Shown here: positions 27,935 through 37,416 of the stretch, one piece after another
How the letters are laid out: each line of letters opens with the position of its first letter
How positions within the stretch are numbered: the first letter of the stretch is position 1
Assembly (NCBI GenBank): GCA_024639965.1
Contig: JAHEGC010000011.1
Location: 12,263 to 76,262, forward strand
Source of the DNA: Micrococcales bacterium
GTDB taxonomy: Bacteria; Actinomycetota; Actinomycetes; Actinomycetales; Microbacteriaceae
Direction of reading: 5' to 3'
DNA length: 64,000 nucleotides
The notes under the pieces: generated by a model
The model's input: only the letters and a program-made list of their open reading frames with translations
Told to the model about the DNA's origin: nothing
The model's database searches: none
Made by a program: the position numbers and the translations under genes

Positions 27935-29108
27935 GAATTTCTCCCGCCAGGTCGACAACAGTTTCCCACGTCTTGGAATCCCATGAATCGATGAGTGCTT
28001 GCTGGACATTGACGACGTTGACTGCCTCACGGAAACTGGGAGAGAACGGAGCGTCCGTTGCAACGGCTTCCAGGAAGGAAAAGTCTTCGATTGCCACGAG
28101 GTCTTCGAGCCCAATCGGGTTTGCCTGGCCGGGTGAAAACGCACCGTGGAAGGGGAAACGCTCCCCACCGAAAATGGTCGTGTATCCAGAGCTGGGGTCG
28201 TCGGTCAGCTTGTAGTACTGCAACTCGTTCATTTTTTCGAGGTTCCAGGCGAGAGCGCCCTTTGTTCCGTAAACCTCGAAGGCGTTCTGACTCTCCGGGC
28301 CAACCATCGTTCGACTCACCTCGAAAGTCCCGGTTGCACCGTTCGCGAAGTTGCACAACATGGAGGCGAAATCCTCGTTTTCGACCTCACCCTTAGGGTC
28401 CTCGGGACGACCGCGTCCGTAGTGGCTCGCCGCACCCGTGGGGAGTGGCCGCTTCGGAATGGTGATGTTCTTCATGCCCACCACGTCAGTGATATCTCCG
28501 ACCAGGAATTGGGCGAGCGAAACCGAGTGACTCAAGATATCGCTCGTCACTCCATAGCCGGCTTGATCGAGGATGAATCGCCAGGTCAATAGCCCGAGCT
28601 CGTCACTTCCATACATGGATACAAAACGACCGCGGTAGTGCGTAATATCTCCCAACGCACCAGAGGCAATCAGATGACGTGCGTGGAGTACGAGCGGCGC
28701 CCACAGGTAGTTGTATCCGACGGCCGACCGCACGCCGGCCGTCGCGGCGGCTTTGTACGCCGCGACAGTTTGTTCGGGCTTTCCCCCAATCGGCTTTTCA
28801 CTGAAAACCGCTTTTCCCGCGGCGCACGCCGCTTCAATCATCGGGATGTGCAGCATGTTGGGCGCAGTGACCCAAACCACGTCCACGTCGTCGGAGTTGA
28901 TCGCGTCATGCCAATCGGCCACCGCGCGTTCAAATCCGAAATCTCGCACCGCGCGCTCGCGACGATCCTCTTCGGTGTCCGCGCAAACAACGAGTACCGG
29001 GTCGAACGACCGCTCGGGGAAGAGTGACGGAATGCGAAGCATCGACCGAGCGTGTGACTGCCCCATCCAGCCCAAGCCCAACACGGCAACGCCAATACGA
29101 CGGTTCAT
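27924..29108 (-). CDS. Gfo/Idh/MocA-family oxidoreductase (inositol dehydrogenase-like)
   Basis: ATG 29108 (MNRRIGVAVLGLGWMG, Rossmann motif) forms an ATGA overlap with the iolB stop. Lies within the iol operon. Confidence 0.75.
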   Translation of the reverse strand: MNRRIGVAVLGLGWMGQSHARSMLRIPSLFPERSFDPVLVVCADTEEDRRERAVRDFGFERAVADWHDAINSDDVDVVWVTAPNMLHIPMIEAACAAGKAVFSEKPIGGKPEQTVAAYKAAATAGVRSAVGYNYLWAPLVLHARHLIASGALGDITHYRGRFVSMYGSDELGLLTWRFILDQAGYGVTSDILSHSVSLAQFLVGDITDVVGMKNITIPKRPLPTGAASHYGRGRPEDPKGEVENEDFASMLCNFANGATGTFEVSRTMVGPESQNAFEVYGTKGALAWNLEKMNELQYYKLTDDPSSGYTTIFGGERFPFHGAFSPGQANPIGLEDLVAIEDFSFLEAVATDAPFSPSFREAVNVVNVQQALIDSWDSKTWETVVDLAGEIREK

Positions 29109-30004
29109 CGATCGCCCTTTCTGGTTCGCCCGCTCGCCGAGGTCCACGGCAATCGGGGGTCTTGCGTTTGTGTGCTCCACGAATCACGAATCCAATGGTG
29201 GCCGGGGTCATCACAGAATGCCATCGTGCGGTCTGCCGCGGGCCCGGCGAGAACGTTGAGGAAGTACATCGGGTATTCGGGTGGTGCCACAGTCGGCCCG
29301 TGGTAACCCTGAGGAACGACATACACATCGCCGTCATGAAGTGTCACGGTTTCATCAACGGTTCCGTCAACCGTGTAAACACGGAACAATCCCGTTCCGA
29401 GAGGATTCCCGTGTGGCTCTTCCTCGCGCCCGATTCGAAAATAGTAGATCTCTTCGTTATTCGTGGGACAGTCACCGATTCCGTCGTGGCGATGTGGTGG
29501 CCAGGACGACAGATTTCCGCCGGGTGTGATCACTTCACAAACGTTAATCTTGTGCGCGTTCGTGAACGACCCCGGTGTAGCAATGTTTGTGACCTGACGC
29601 GTGGCACGCCCCGCGCCTCGAACTTCGACCTGGACGTCGGCGGCGGGAATGTGAGCGACGGGGTAGACCTCGGTCGCACGCGCCGTGCAGATCGCCACTT
29701 CCCCCGAATCGCCTCGAAGTGTCACTGAGGATCCGACGGGCGCGTAAATCCAGTCAGATACCGAGTCGAACACTCCAGACCGACCCTCTAGAGTGAACTC
29801 GCGTCCGTCGATGGTGACTCGAACATCTCGTGCTGACAGCGGTATGACGACACCTTCTTCACTATCAAGTGTCAGGCTCACCGACCTATCTGAATGGAGG
29901 GTGTAAACACGGAGTCCGCTGTATTCCCACCCGGCGTTCTCGGGTGTGACATCCACATCGGCATCGCCGTTGTTCAACGAACCGGCAGGGTGAAACCACG
30001 TCAT
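29105..30004 (-). CDS. iolB: 5-deoxy-glucuronate isomerase
   Basis: IolB-like cupin sequence (GWEYSGLRVYTL..., YYFR, PQGYHGP). ATGA overlap with the upstream gene. Confidence 0.8.
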   Translation of the reverse strand: MTWFHPAGSLNNGDADVDVTPENAGWEYSGLRVYTLHSDRSVSLTLDSEEGVVIPLSARDVRVTIDGREFTLEGRSGVFDSVSDWIYAPVGSSVTLRGDSGEVAICTARATEVYPVAHIPAADVQVEVRGAGRATRQVTNIATPGSFTNAHKINVCEVITPGGNLSSWPPHRHDGIGDCPTNNEEIYYFRIGREEEPHGNPLGTGLFRVYTVDGTVDETVTLHDGDVYVVPQGYHGPTVAPPEYPMYFLNVLAGPAADRTMAFCDDPGHHWIRDSWSTQTQDPRLPWTSASGRTRKGDR

Positions 30005-30918
30005 GTCAAGCCTTTCGTACTGTGTGAAGTGTTCGGTCGAATGATCTCTGCAGCACGAGTCACAGCGCTTTCGGGGTCACCCGTTGTGGGGTACAACAGC
30101 GTTCGACCCGCCACTAAGCCACGCACATTGGGCTCGGACATCGCTGTTGCCCACAAGTCAAAAATCGAATCGGGACTCCCGCTCGGTTCGCCCCCAAGCA
30201 TGAGGATAGGCAAGGTCGTCGCGCCCGCGACTTCCGCCATTCTCACGCTCGCCGGCACCTTGAGCCACGTATACGCCGACGAGGATCCCAGCCCCGATGC
30301 GATTGCCACGACTTTGACTAGTGCGTCGTCCGAAGTGTCGAGAGTCGGAATTCCGCTTGTTCCCGTCAAATAGGGGAGTGGCTCGATGAGGGACATGATT
30401 TTGCGATCCGCCAATTCGGTAGAAATTCGAGCGACCGACTCGATCGTTCTCGCGACGCCGGGGTCCGTGGGGTCGATGCGAATAAGGGTCTTGCCGCCAT
30501 CGAGTCCCATGGATTCGACATGATCAACGTCGTACGCAGTCACACGATCGTCCAGTTCCCACGTCGCCCCGATGATTCCGCCGCGGTTTATTGTGCCGAT
30601 GGCGAGTTTGCCATCGAGCGCGCCGAGCCATGCCAACTCTTCGAGTACGTCGGAACTCCCCAAAACACCGTCAACCTCGGGCATAGCAAGACAACGCACG
30701 AGCCGATCGAGAAGAGTGTATCGATCGGCCATCGCGAGCGGTTCCGTGCCGAGCGAGATTTTCCCCCGCGCGGTGTGGTCGGCAGCCAAGATGAGTAGGC
30801 GTCCGTCCTGACCGGAAACGGAACGGCGGCGTCGTGAGACGAGTGCAGAGCCGAGCGACTCCGGCTCAAAAACCCTTGCGTCCAGAAGCGATCGGTAGGT
30901 GTCAATGTCCAGCGTCAC
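30001..30918 (-). CDS. Class I aldolase-like (beta/alpha)8 protein of actinobacterial iol clusters (probable 5-dehydro-2-deoxyphosphogluconate aldolase)
   Basis: GTG start overlaps the iolC stop. DhnA/Cgl0159-like sequence (LILAADHTARG...). Function is assigned from operon position. Confidence 0.55.
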   Translation of the reverse strand: MTLDIDTYRSLLDARVFEPESLGSALVSRRRRSVSGQDGRLLILAADHTARGKISLGTEPLAMADRYTLLDRLVRCLAMPEVDGVLGSSDVLEELAWLGALDGKLAIGTINRGGIIGATWELDDRVTAYDVDHVESMGLDGGKTLIRIDPTDPGVARTIESVARISTELADRKIMSLIEPLPYLTGTSGIPTLDTSDDALVKVVAIASGLGSSSAYTWLKVPASVRMAEVAGATTLPILMLGGEPSGSPDSIFDLWATAMSEPNVRGLVAGRTLLYPTTGDPESAVTRAAEIIRPNTSHSTKGLT

Positions 30919-31868
30919 GCGGCACTCCCCATCATCGCATCGAGTTCCGCTACATCGGGCATGGCATCTGCGCAGGTGAGTCGAGTGGACACCAACGCAC
31001 CAGCAGCATTGGCGAGTCGACCAATGTGCTCAATGTCCCATCCGTTCAACAGTCCATGGCACAGCGCTCCACCGAATGCGTCGCCTGCTCCGAGGCCACA
31101 CACAAGGTTGATGGGGATGGCAGGGATTCGAATTCGCTCGGTCGATGTCGCAAGCAGCGCACCCTCCGCCCCGAGTTTCACGATGGCGAGTCGGACACCA
31201 GTGCTGAGGAGCAGATCCGCCGCGTGATCAGGATCGTTCGTTCCCACGGCGACTTCACATTCCTCACGGTTGCCCACCACAATTGACGCTTGCGATATCG
31301 CACGTGACGCCATATCGCGGGCGGATTCGACTGTGTTCCAGAGCGAGGGCCGGTAGTCGAGGTCGAGGATGGTGTGTTGGTCATTGGTCCGCCAGCTCAT
31401 CCACTGAAGGCAGGTCTCGGCAGTTGAACCTTGCGACAGTGACGCCTGACTAATCCACAAAATCTTTGATTCGCGGACAACTTCCCCGGGAACGTCCTCA
31501 CTAACCAGGGTGGTGTCGGGTGCTGCGGTTCCACGATAGAAAATCACGGTCGGTGATTCAGGTGGAGTGAGTGCGGCGAGGGCGAGTGGCGTTTGGGAGT
31601 GAGGTTGGGATAAGACGAATTCGGTAGATACTCCCCAGGTGGCGAGTCGCGCGCGGATGTACTCTCCGAATCCGTCATCACCGACTTTGGTCGCGAGAGC
31701 AACTCGGTGACCAAGCCTGGCGGCAGCCACCGCTACGTTAGTGGGGCTTCCGCCCACAGACTTCTGAAACGTTTGTTGTCCGTTGAAACCGACATTCGGT
31801 TCCATCGCGTACAAGTCGACGCTGATGCGCCCAACGCTGAGAACCTCGAATGGAACCACGTCGATCAT
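30915..31868 (-). CDS. iolC: 5-dehydro-2-deoxygluconokinase (PfkB family)
   Basis: ATG 31868 (MIDVVPFEVLSVGRISVDLY) overlaps the upstream stop. PfkB motifs GGSPTNVAV and GAGDAFGGAL. Confidence 0.8.
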   Translation of the reverse strand: MIDVVPFEVLSVGRISVDLYAMEPNVGFNGQQTFQKSVGGSPTNVAVAAARLGHRVALATKVGDDGFGEYIRARLATWGVSTEFVLSQPHSQTPLALAALTPPESPTVIFYRGTAAPDTTLVSEDVPGEVVRESKILWISQASLSQGSTAETCLQWMSWRTNDQHTILDLDYRPSLWNTVESARDMASRAISQASIVVGNREECEVAVGTNDPDHAADLLLSTGVRLAIVKLGAEGALLATSTERIRIPAIPINLVCGLGAGDAFGGALCHGLLNGWDIEHIGRLANAAGALVSTRLTCADAMPDVAELDAMMGSAA

Positions 31869-32767
31869 CCGAGGGTTGGGGCGACGACGTCGGTGAGGTA
31901 TTGGAGGGAGGCGGCAACGTGCGTGACGGGACCTTCCCCGTCGGCGGGGAATCCTCCGGTGATTGCAGTGTCTTGCTCGATCACATACCAACCCTGATAA
32001 CCCGACGATTCAAGGGTTTGGACAACACCCAGGATGTCAACGTCTCCTTGGCCGAGAGTGGTGAAGACGCCAGCTTGAGTCGCCGACATCAGGGACACTT
32101 CGCGTCGAAGAACGGCGGGAGCCATGTCGAGACGAACGTCCTTGAGGTGGACATGGCCGACGCGGTCGAACGCGGCCTTCGCGAACTCGACGGGGTCTTG
32201 TCCCCCGAACGCCATATGTCCAGTGTCGAGACAGAAGTGCACATCACACGAGTCGAGAACTCGCTGAATGTCGTCCCTCGTTTCGACGAGCGTCTGAACG
32301 TGGGGGTGAAGAACCTGTTGGAGACCGTATTCACCACAAATTTCGTCGATGACCCCGAACATCTCGGCCATATGCTTCTGTTCCGACGGCGAAAGTGAGT
32401 GGGGATAAGACCACGACATGTCCCGTACGACAGAAGAGACAAATTTTGTCGCCCCCGCCTGTTCGAACAACCGCGCCGTTGCGGTCGCGCTGGCAATGGT
32501 CGCATCCCGCTCGGCAGGATCGTGAAGGATGACGGGGGTGAACCCTCCAAGCAGGGACATCCCGAATTCTGCGAGCTTCGACTTGAGCAATTCCGGATCG
32601 TCAGGGAGGAATCCCGGTGCGCCGAGTTCCGTCGCGGTGAATCCGAGCCCCGCCATCTCCCCGAGCACTCGGTCAATCGGTAGCATCGCCCCCCAATCGG
32701 GAACCTCACAAATGCCCCACGAAATCGGGGCAGACGCGACGCGGGAGATAAAGTCAGCCATTGACAT
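31865..32767 (-). CDS. iolE: Inosose dehydratase-like sugar-phosphate isomerase/epimerase (xylose-isomerase TIM barrel)
   Basis: Motifs APISWGICEV..., HPHVQTLVET, DTGHMAFGG, HVHLKDV and WYVIEQD resemble IolE. First gene of the operon. Confidence 0.65.
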   Translation of the reverse strand: MSMADFISRVASAPISWGICEVPDWGAMLPIDRVLGEMAGLGFTATELGAPGFLPDDPELLKSKLAEFGMSLLGGFTPVILHDPAERDATIASATATARLFEQAGATKFVSSVVRDMSWSYPHSLSPSEQKHMAEMFGVIDEICGEYGLQQVLHPHVQTLVETRDDIQRVLDSCDVHFCLDTGHMAFGGQDPVEFAKAAFDRVGHVHLKDVRLDMAPAVLRREVSLMSATQAGVFTTLGQGDVDILGVVQTLESSGYQGWYVIEQDTAITGGFPADGEGPVTHVAASLQYLTDVVAPTLG

Positions 32768-32793
32768 TCTTTCGTTGAAACGGTGGAATTAGT

Positions 32794-32813
32794 ATGTCAG
32801 AACATAATGACAT
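32794..32813. promoter_or_regulatory. Inverted repeat in the iolE/iolG divergent promoter region (candidate repressor operator)
   Basis: ATGTCA-N8-TGACAT within the 84-bp AT-rich intergenic region. A further TTGACAT lies at 32761. Confidence 0.35.
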
Positions 32814-32851
32814 TCCGCAACATTCGTCCCCAACCGTAAGAGAGGTCGCCC

Positions 32852-33844
32852 GTGAGAGTTCTGGTGATTGGAGCAGGGCGAATGGGAGCAATTCGCGTGG
32901 AAGATCTCGTCGGCGATGACCGTGTCGACGAGGTGCTCATCGCCAATCGAAACGGTCAGCGCGCAGACGACCTGGCGGCGAGGTGGGGGGCATCATCAGT
33001 TCCCTGGGAGGGCATCACAGCAGTTTCCGTCGATGCAGTCGTGGTCGCTGTCGGCACCGACGCCCACGAACAGACACTGCTCGATGTGCTTCCACGGGGA
33101 ATCCCGGTGCTGTGCGAGAAGCCAATCGCGATGACTCTCGCTCAAACCGAATCTGCCATCGAACTTGCGGAAAAAAGCGGTTCACGTCTGCAGATTGGGT
33201 TCCAGCGTCGATTCGACGAGTCGATCCGCGCCGTTCACGACATCATCGAGCACGGAGAGATCGGCACGCTCTACTCGCTGAGCATGACCGCACGTGACCA
33301 TGCACCGAGTGCTCGCGAATTCATTGCGGGAAGTGGTGGGATTTTCCGAGATCTTCATGTCCATGACTTCGACCTCGTGCGCTGGCTCACGGGAAGCGAA
33401 GTCGAGACTGTCTACGCAACCACCGCCGTCCGCGAGCACAGGGATTACTCCGACTTTGACGATGCAGACGTGAGCTCGGTTATCGCCGTGACGACATCGG
33501 GAGTTCAAGTGACAATTGGCGGTGCTCGCCACGATGCTCGAGGGCACGACGTTCGTCTCGAGGCTTTCGGATCAAAGGACTCCGTTTCCGCTGGCCTCAA
33601 CCCGCGCACTCCACTTCGACCGTTAGAAGGCGGTTTCGCCTTGTCGAACGACCCGTATCGAGGGTTTGTTGATCGCTTTCGGGAGGCGTTTAGAACTGAG
33701 ACGCAGACGTTTGTCTCTTTTGCTCGCAACGAAATCGACAACCCGTGCCCGCCGGACGCGGCTCTGGAGAGTCTCCGAATTGCGATCGCGTGTGAGAAAT
33801 CCCTTGCGACGCGGGCTTCCGTAAGGGTTTCCGACGTTCGTTAG
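32852..33844 (+). CDS. iolG: Inositol 2-dehydrogenase-like Gfo/Idh/MocA oxidoreductase
   Basis: GTG 32852 follows AAGAGAGG. Rossmann motif VLVIGAGRMG, and EKPIA. Divergent from the iol operon. Confidence 0.7.
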   Translation: MRVLVIGAGRMGAIRVEDLVGDDRVDEVLIANRNGQRADDLAARWGASSVPWEGITAVSVDAVVVAVGTDAHEQTLLDVLPRGIPVLCEKPIAMTLAQTESAIELAEKSGSRLQIGFQRRFDESIRAVHDIIEHGEIGTLYSLSMTARDHAPSAREFIAGSGGIFRDLHVHDFDLVRWLTGSEVETVYATTAVREHRDYSDFDDADVSSVIAVTTSGVQVTIGGARHDARGHDVRLEAFGSKDSVSAGLNPRTPLRPLEGGFALSNDPYRGFVDRFREAFRTETQTFVSFARNEIDNPCPPDAALESLRIAIACEKSLATRASVRVSDVR

Positions 33845-35703
33845 GCCGTCGATGCCGTCGCCCAGGACCGGAACCAGTCGAGGACTTCCGGGTTCGACAC
33901 GGACGACGTGTCTCGTTCCGCTCGTCCGGACACGATGTCCGCAATCGCCAGCTCCATCAACTTTCCGCTTCGGGTCATGGGTAATCCGGGCGCCGAAACA
34001 ATCAATGTGGGAACGTGTCGAGGACTCGCTTGAGTGCGAAGCATCATCCGAATTCGTTCCTCCAATTCTTCGGTCAACGCTTCGTCCGTGATGACAAAAA
34101 GCACAATTCGAGAGTCGTCGTGGAAGGGCTGTTCCACGGCCATCGCGCCGACCACTCCGGGAACTGCGAGGACTACTCGGTAAATTTCCGCCGTACCGAT
34201 TCGAACACCTTTGACGTTGAGCGTTGCGTCGAGACGACCGAGAATTTCGAAACCACCCGTTACTGTTCGACGCGCGAAATCGCCGTGCGCCCACAGGCCG
34301 GGGAATCGAGTGAAATACGCGTCGTGCCGCCGGAAACCGTCCGTGTCACCCCAGAAGCGGATCGGCACCGAGGGAAAAGGCGTCCGACACACCAACTCGC
34401 CGTCCTCTCCGTTCGGCGCCGTCGTGCCATCAGATCGGAGCACGGTGACGTCAAGACCGAGTGCAGGGCCCTGGATTTCACCCGGTACGACGACTTCCGT
34501 CGCAACACCCAAAACAAGACATCCGCACAAATCCGTTCCGCCTGCGATGGAGGCAACGGATACACGGGGCGAGATCTCACGCGAAACCCAGTCGTATCCA
34601 CTCGCGGCGAGTGGTGAACCGGTCGACGCGATGGTGCGGAGCGAACCAAGGTCGAGCGAATCACCCGGTCGCAATCCTTCACGTCGCCAGACGTCGATCA
34701 GGGCGGCCGAAACTCCAAGGAAAGTGAGGCGCTCCTCCTCGGCGATCCCCCACAAGCGGTCAACGGTGGGGTAGCCGGGGCTTCCATCCACCAACACGAT
34801 CGTCGCCCGTCGTCCTAGTGCGCACACAAGCCAATTCCACATCATCCAGCCACACGTGGTCATGTACATGACTCGATCGCCCGGCTTCACATCGAGGTGG
34901 TAACCCTGTTCGCTGAGCACCTTGAGAAGAACTCCCCCCGCGGAATGGACGATGCACTTCGGGCGGCCTGTTGTTCCGCTCGAGAACAAGATGAAACCCG
35001 GGTGGTCGAACGGCAGGGCCTCCACACGGAGGGGAACACCGCGGTGCGGAGCCAGCCACGATTCCCACGACGAGTGGCCTTTGCTTCGTCCGAGCACCAC
35101 CACCGTGCTCACGCTGGGGAGTGAGCGGGTCACCTCGTCAATCGCCGCAGTCAGCGTGAAATTCTTGCCCCCGTATTGATAGTTTGACGCGACGAGGAGG
35201 ACCGTTGGTTCAATTTGCCCGAAACGATCAATCAACGCCGCTGGCCCGAAGTCGGTTGATGCGGTACTGACAACTGCGCCAATGGAAAGTGCTCCGAGCG
35301 CGAAAATTACGGTTTCCACAACGTTGGGTGTCCACGCGGCTACGCGATCGCCCTTGGACACGCCACAATCACGAAGAGCCGAAGCACAAGCCGCAACTTC
35401 CGCGATCAGCTCGGATCGAGTCACTGCACTTCGCGAACGATTCTCCGAAACGGAGACGATGACCTCATCATCTGGTTCCCCTGCGAGAAGAGTCTCGACG
35501 ATATTGAGTGTCGCATCCGGAAACCAGCGTTTTTCTTCGAATCCGCTCCCCTCGGATTTCCGCACGCCAGGATCGCCCACGATTCCGAGATCGACCCACG
35601 CCTCAGCCCAAAACAAATCGGGATTTCCTATCGACCACGCGTGGAGTTCTCGAAAGTTCGCGAAAGCGTGTCGATCAATGAGCGCCTGCATCAGCATTCG
35701 CAC
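33841..35703 (-). CDS. Acetoacetate-CoA ligase (acetoacetyl-CoA synthetase)
   Basis: AMP-binding motif FSSGTTGRPKCIVH and AacS-like N-terminus (LFWAEAW..., RWFPDATLNIVETLL). Confidence 0.75.
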   Translation of the reverse strand: MRMLMQALIDRHAFANFRELHAWSIGNPDLFWAEAWVDLGIVGDPGVRKSEGSGFEEKRWFPDATLNIVETLLAGEPDDEVIVSVSENRSRSAVTRSELIAEVAACASALRDCGVSKGDRVAAWTPNVVETVIFALGALSIGAVVSTASTDFGPAALIDRFGQIEPTVLLVASNYQYGGKNFTLTAAIDEVTRSLPSVSTVVVLGRSKGHSSWESWLAPHRGVPLRVEALPFDHPGFILFSSGTTGRPKCIVHSAGGVLLKVLSEQGYHLDVKPGDRVMYMTTCGWMMWNWLVCALGRRATIVLVDGSPGYPTVDRLWGIAEEERLTFLGVSAALIDVWRREGLRPGDSLDLGSLRTIASTGSPLAASGYDWVSREISPRVSVASIAGGTDLCGCLVLGVATEVVVPGEIQGPALGLDVTVLRSDGTTAPNGEDGELVCRTPFPSVPIRFWGDTDGFRRHDAYFTRFPGLWAHGDFARRTVTGGFEILGRLDATLNVKGVRIGTAEIYRVVLAVPGVVGAMAVEQPFHDDSRIVLFVITDEALTEELEERIRMMLRTQASPRHVPTLIVSAPGLPMTRSGKLMELAIADIVSGRAERDTSSVSNPEVLDWFRSWATASTA

Positions 35704-35729
35704 ATCCTAGCCGTGGGGCGAATCGCCAC

Positions 35730-37406
35730 TCATTCTGCTGGCGGAACGGGCGTGGGGCAGGCGTAGACCGATTCGATCGTGAAGGTCGTCCATAAGTACG
35801 GCCGAACAACCGACGCAATCGCCGGACCACACGGCGCTTTGGGCTTCTGGCGGGTTCGACTGGACGGGAACTGAACCACCGTGTCGGCCGGCAACGTGGG
35901 TTGGCCAACCGGAGTGGCGGCGTCAAACGCGTCGGGGAATTCTGACGTGGCGGGGCAATTCGTGGTGCACGCTTCACGTTCCTCGAGAGTCAATTGCGAC
36001 CACAATTCGCCCGTCGCGAGCTTTCGGGCGAAGATGTCCCATCGCCCGTCAACACCGGTCGCAACTGTGGTCGGGTTGAAGTAACTGAATTGGTAGGGGA
36101 AGATCTGCACCTGGATCACGGTCGTCATGACCGTGGAAGCAACAAGGAAACCCACGACAGTCGGCCACAGCGCCTTGATTCGGCGCACTGCCGGAGCGGT
36201 CGACGCCAGGAAGAGGATGATCATGAGGAGCATCACGAGGCCGGGGAAGAGGAACGTAAATTGACGCAATCCGCCGTAGACCGTTGATTTCAGCAGGATC
36301 GCTGCGAGAGGGAACGCCGCAAACTGTGCGAACGTCACGACGATAGCGGGGATGGCGAAATCCCGCGCGGTGGAGTTTGAGCGGAACAGGCGGGAGAGAA
36401 CCAACCACACCGCGATGGGCGCGATGACGATTGTCAGAGCGACGACGACCTCAGGGAGTTGAGCGGCCGCCCACTTGGGCAGGTAGTACCAGGGCGGCGG
36501 GGTGCCGAGAAGTTCACCATCGGTGAGGATGTACGTGTCGTGCGGGAAAGCCGCCGTCTCCTTGAAACTCATGAACAGCAACTTCACCGGGTTGATGAAC
36601 GCCGCGGGATAGATCGCGAGCATCGTGAGATACGACGCGGCCACAGCACCGACCGGTGCGACAAGGGTTTTGACCGTCGCCCACGGGTGGGCGAAGTTCG
36701 CGAATCGAAGTCGGATGAGAAGAATTCCGGCGAATGCCAAAGCGATGGCCACCCACGTACCTGGACGGACTCCCCAAAGGATGAGTGTGCCGAAATAGAC
36801 CGCGACGAATCCTTCGATTCGACGTCGCGAATTGCTCCACGCCGCGGGCAGCGTGAGGGCGATGCATCCACTCGTGAAGAGCGTGTAGCCCGCAGCGATC
36901 GGGATGTCCTTGACGTTGAAAATCGCCGAACCCGTCCACATCGGGATTGACATGAGGAGTGCGGAGGTTGCAAGGCCCCACACTCGCGATCGGGTGACGA
37001 GGGCGACTCCCCATCCCGCCGCCGCAACACCGAGGAAGGAGAAGGCGATGACGACAAAGTGGCGGGCGGCAAATGCGGCGTCGGTTGCAGCGATGGAACC
37101 CCAGGCTTCTGCTCCCGTTGCTACGGCGACAAGATGCCCGATCAGGGAGAACAGCGGCCCATAGGAATAGGGGTATCCATTTGCCGAAGAGATGTCGAAA
37201 CCGGTGGAAGACGCCGGTGCGAGCGCGTAGACCCCGTAGGTCAGAAAAGTCTGAATCTTTTCGATGTGAATAATCTCGTCGCCGTAAAAACTGAGTCGTC
37301 CGACCCCCGCAACAGTGAGGACGGCCATTCCGGCGAGGTAGAGCCACAGCAGAGGCTCGACGGCGCGAGTCCAGCGTGACGGTAACGAGGAGTTGCGGGT
37401 GCTCAT
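35730..37406 (-). CDS. GT-C fold polyprenyl-phosphate-sugar-dependent glycosyltransferase, paralogue 1
   Basis: About 12 TM. First-loop acidic motif YGDEIIHIEK, and a C-terminal Cys-containing extracytoplasmic tail. Start is ATG 37406 or GTG 37442. Confidence 0.7.
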   Translation of the reverse strand: MSTRNSSLPSRWTRAVEPLLWLYLAGMAVLTVAGVGRLSFYGDEIIHIEKIQTFLTYGVYALAPASSTGFDISSANGYPYSYGPLFSLIGHLVAVATGAEAWGSIAATDAAFAARHFVVIAFSFLGVAAAGWGVALVTRSRVWGLATSALLMSIPMWTGSAIFNVKDIPIAAGYTLFTSGCIALTLPAAWSNSRRRIEGFVAVYFGTLILWGVRPGTWVAIALAFAGILLIRLRFANFAHPWATVKTLVAPVGAVAASYLTMLAIYPAAFINPVKLLFMSFKETAAFPHDTYILTDGELLGTPPPWYYLPKWAAAQLPEVVVALTIVIAPIAVWLVLSRLFRSNSTARDFAIPAIVVTFAQFAAFPLAAILLKSTVYGGLRQFTFLFPGLVMLLMIILFLASTAPAVRRIKALWPTVVGFLVASTVMTTVIQVQIFPYQFSYFNPTTVATGVDGRWDIFARKLATGELWSQLTLEEREACTTNCPATSEFPDAFDAATPVGQPTLPADTVVQFPSSRTRQKPKAPCGPAIASVVRPYLWTTFTIESVYACPTPVPPAE

Positions 37407-37416
37407 TTCAGACACG

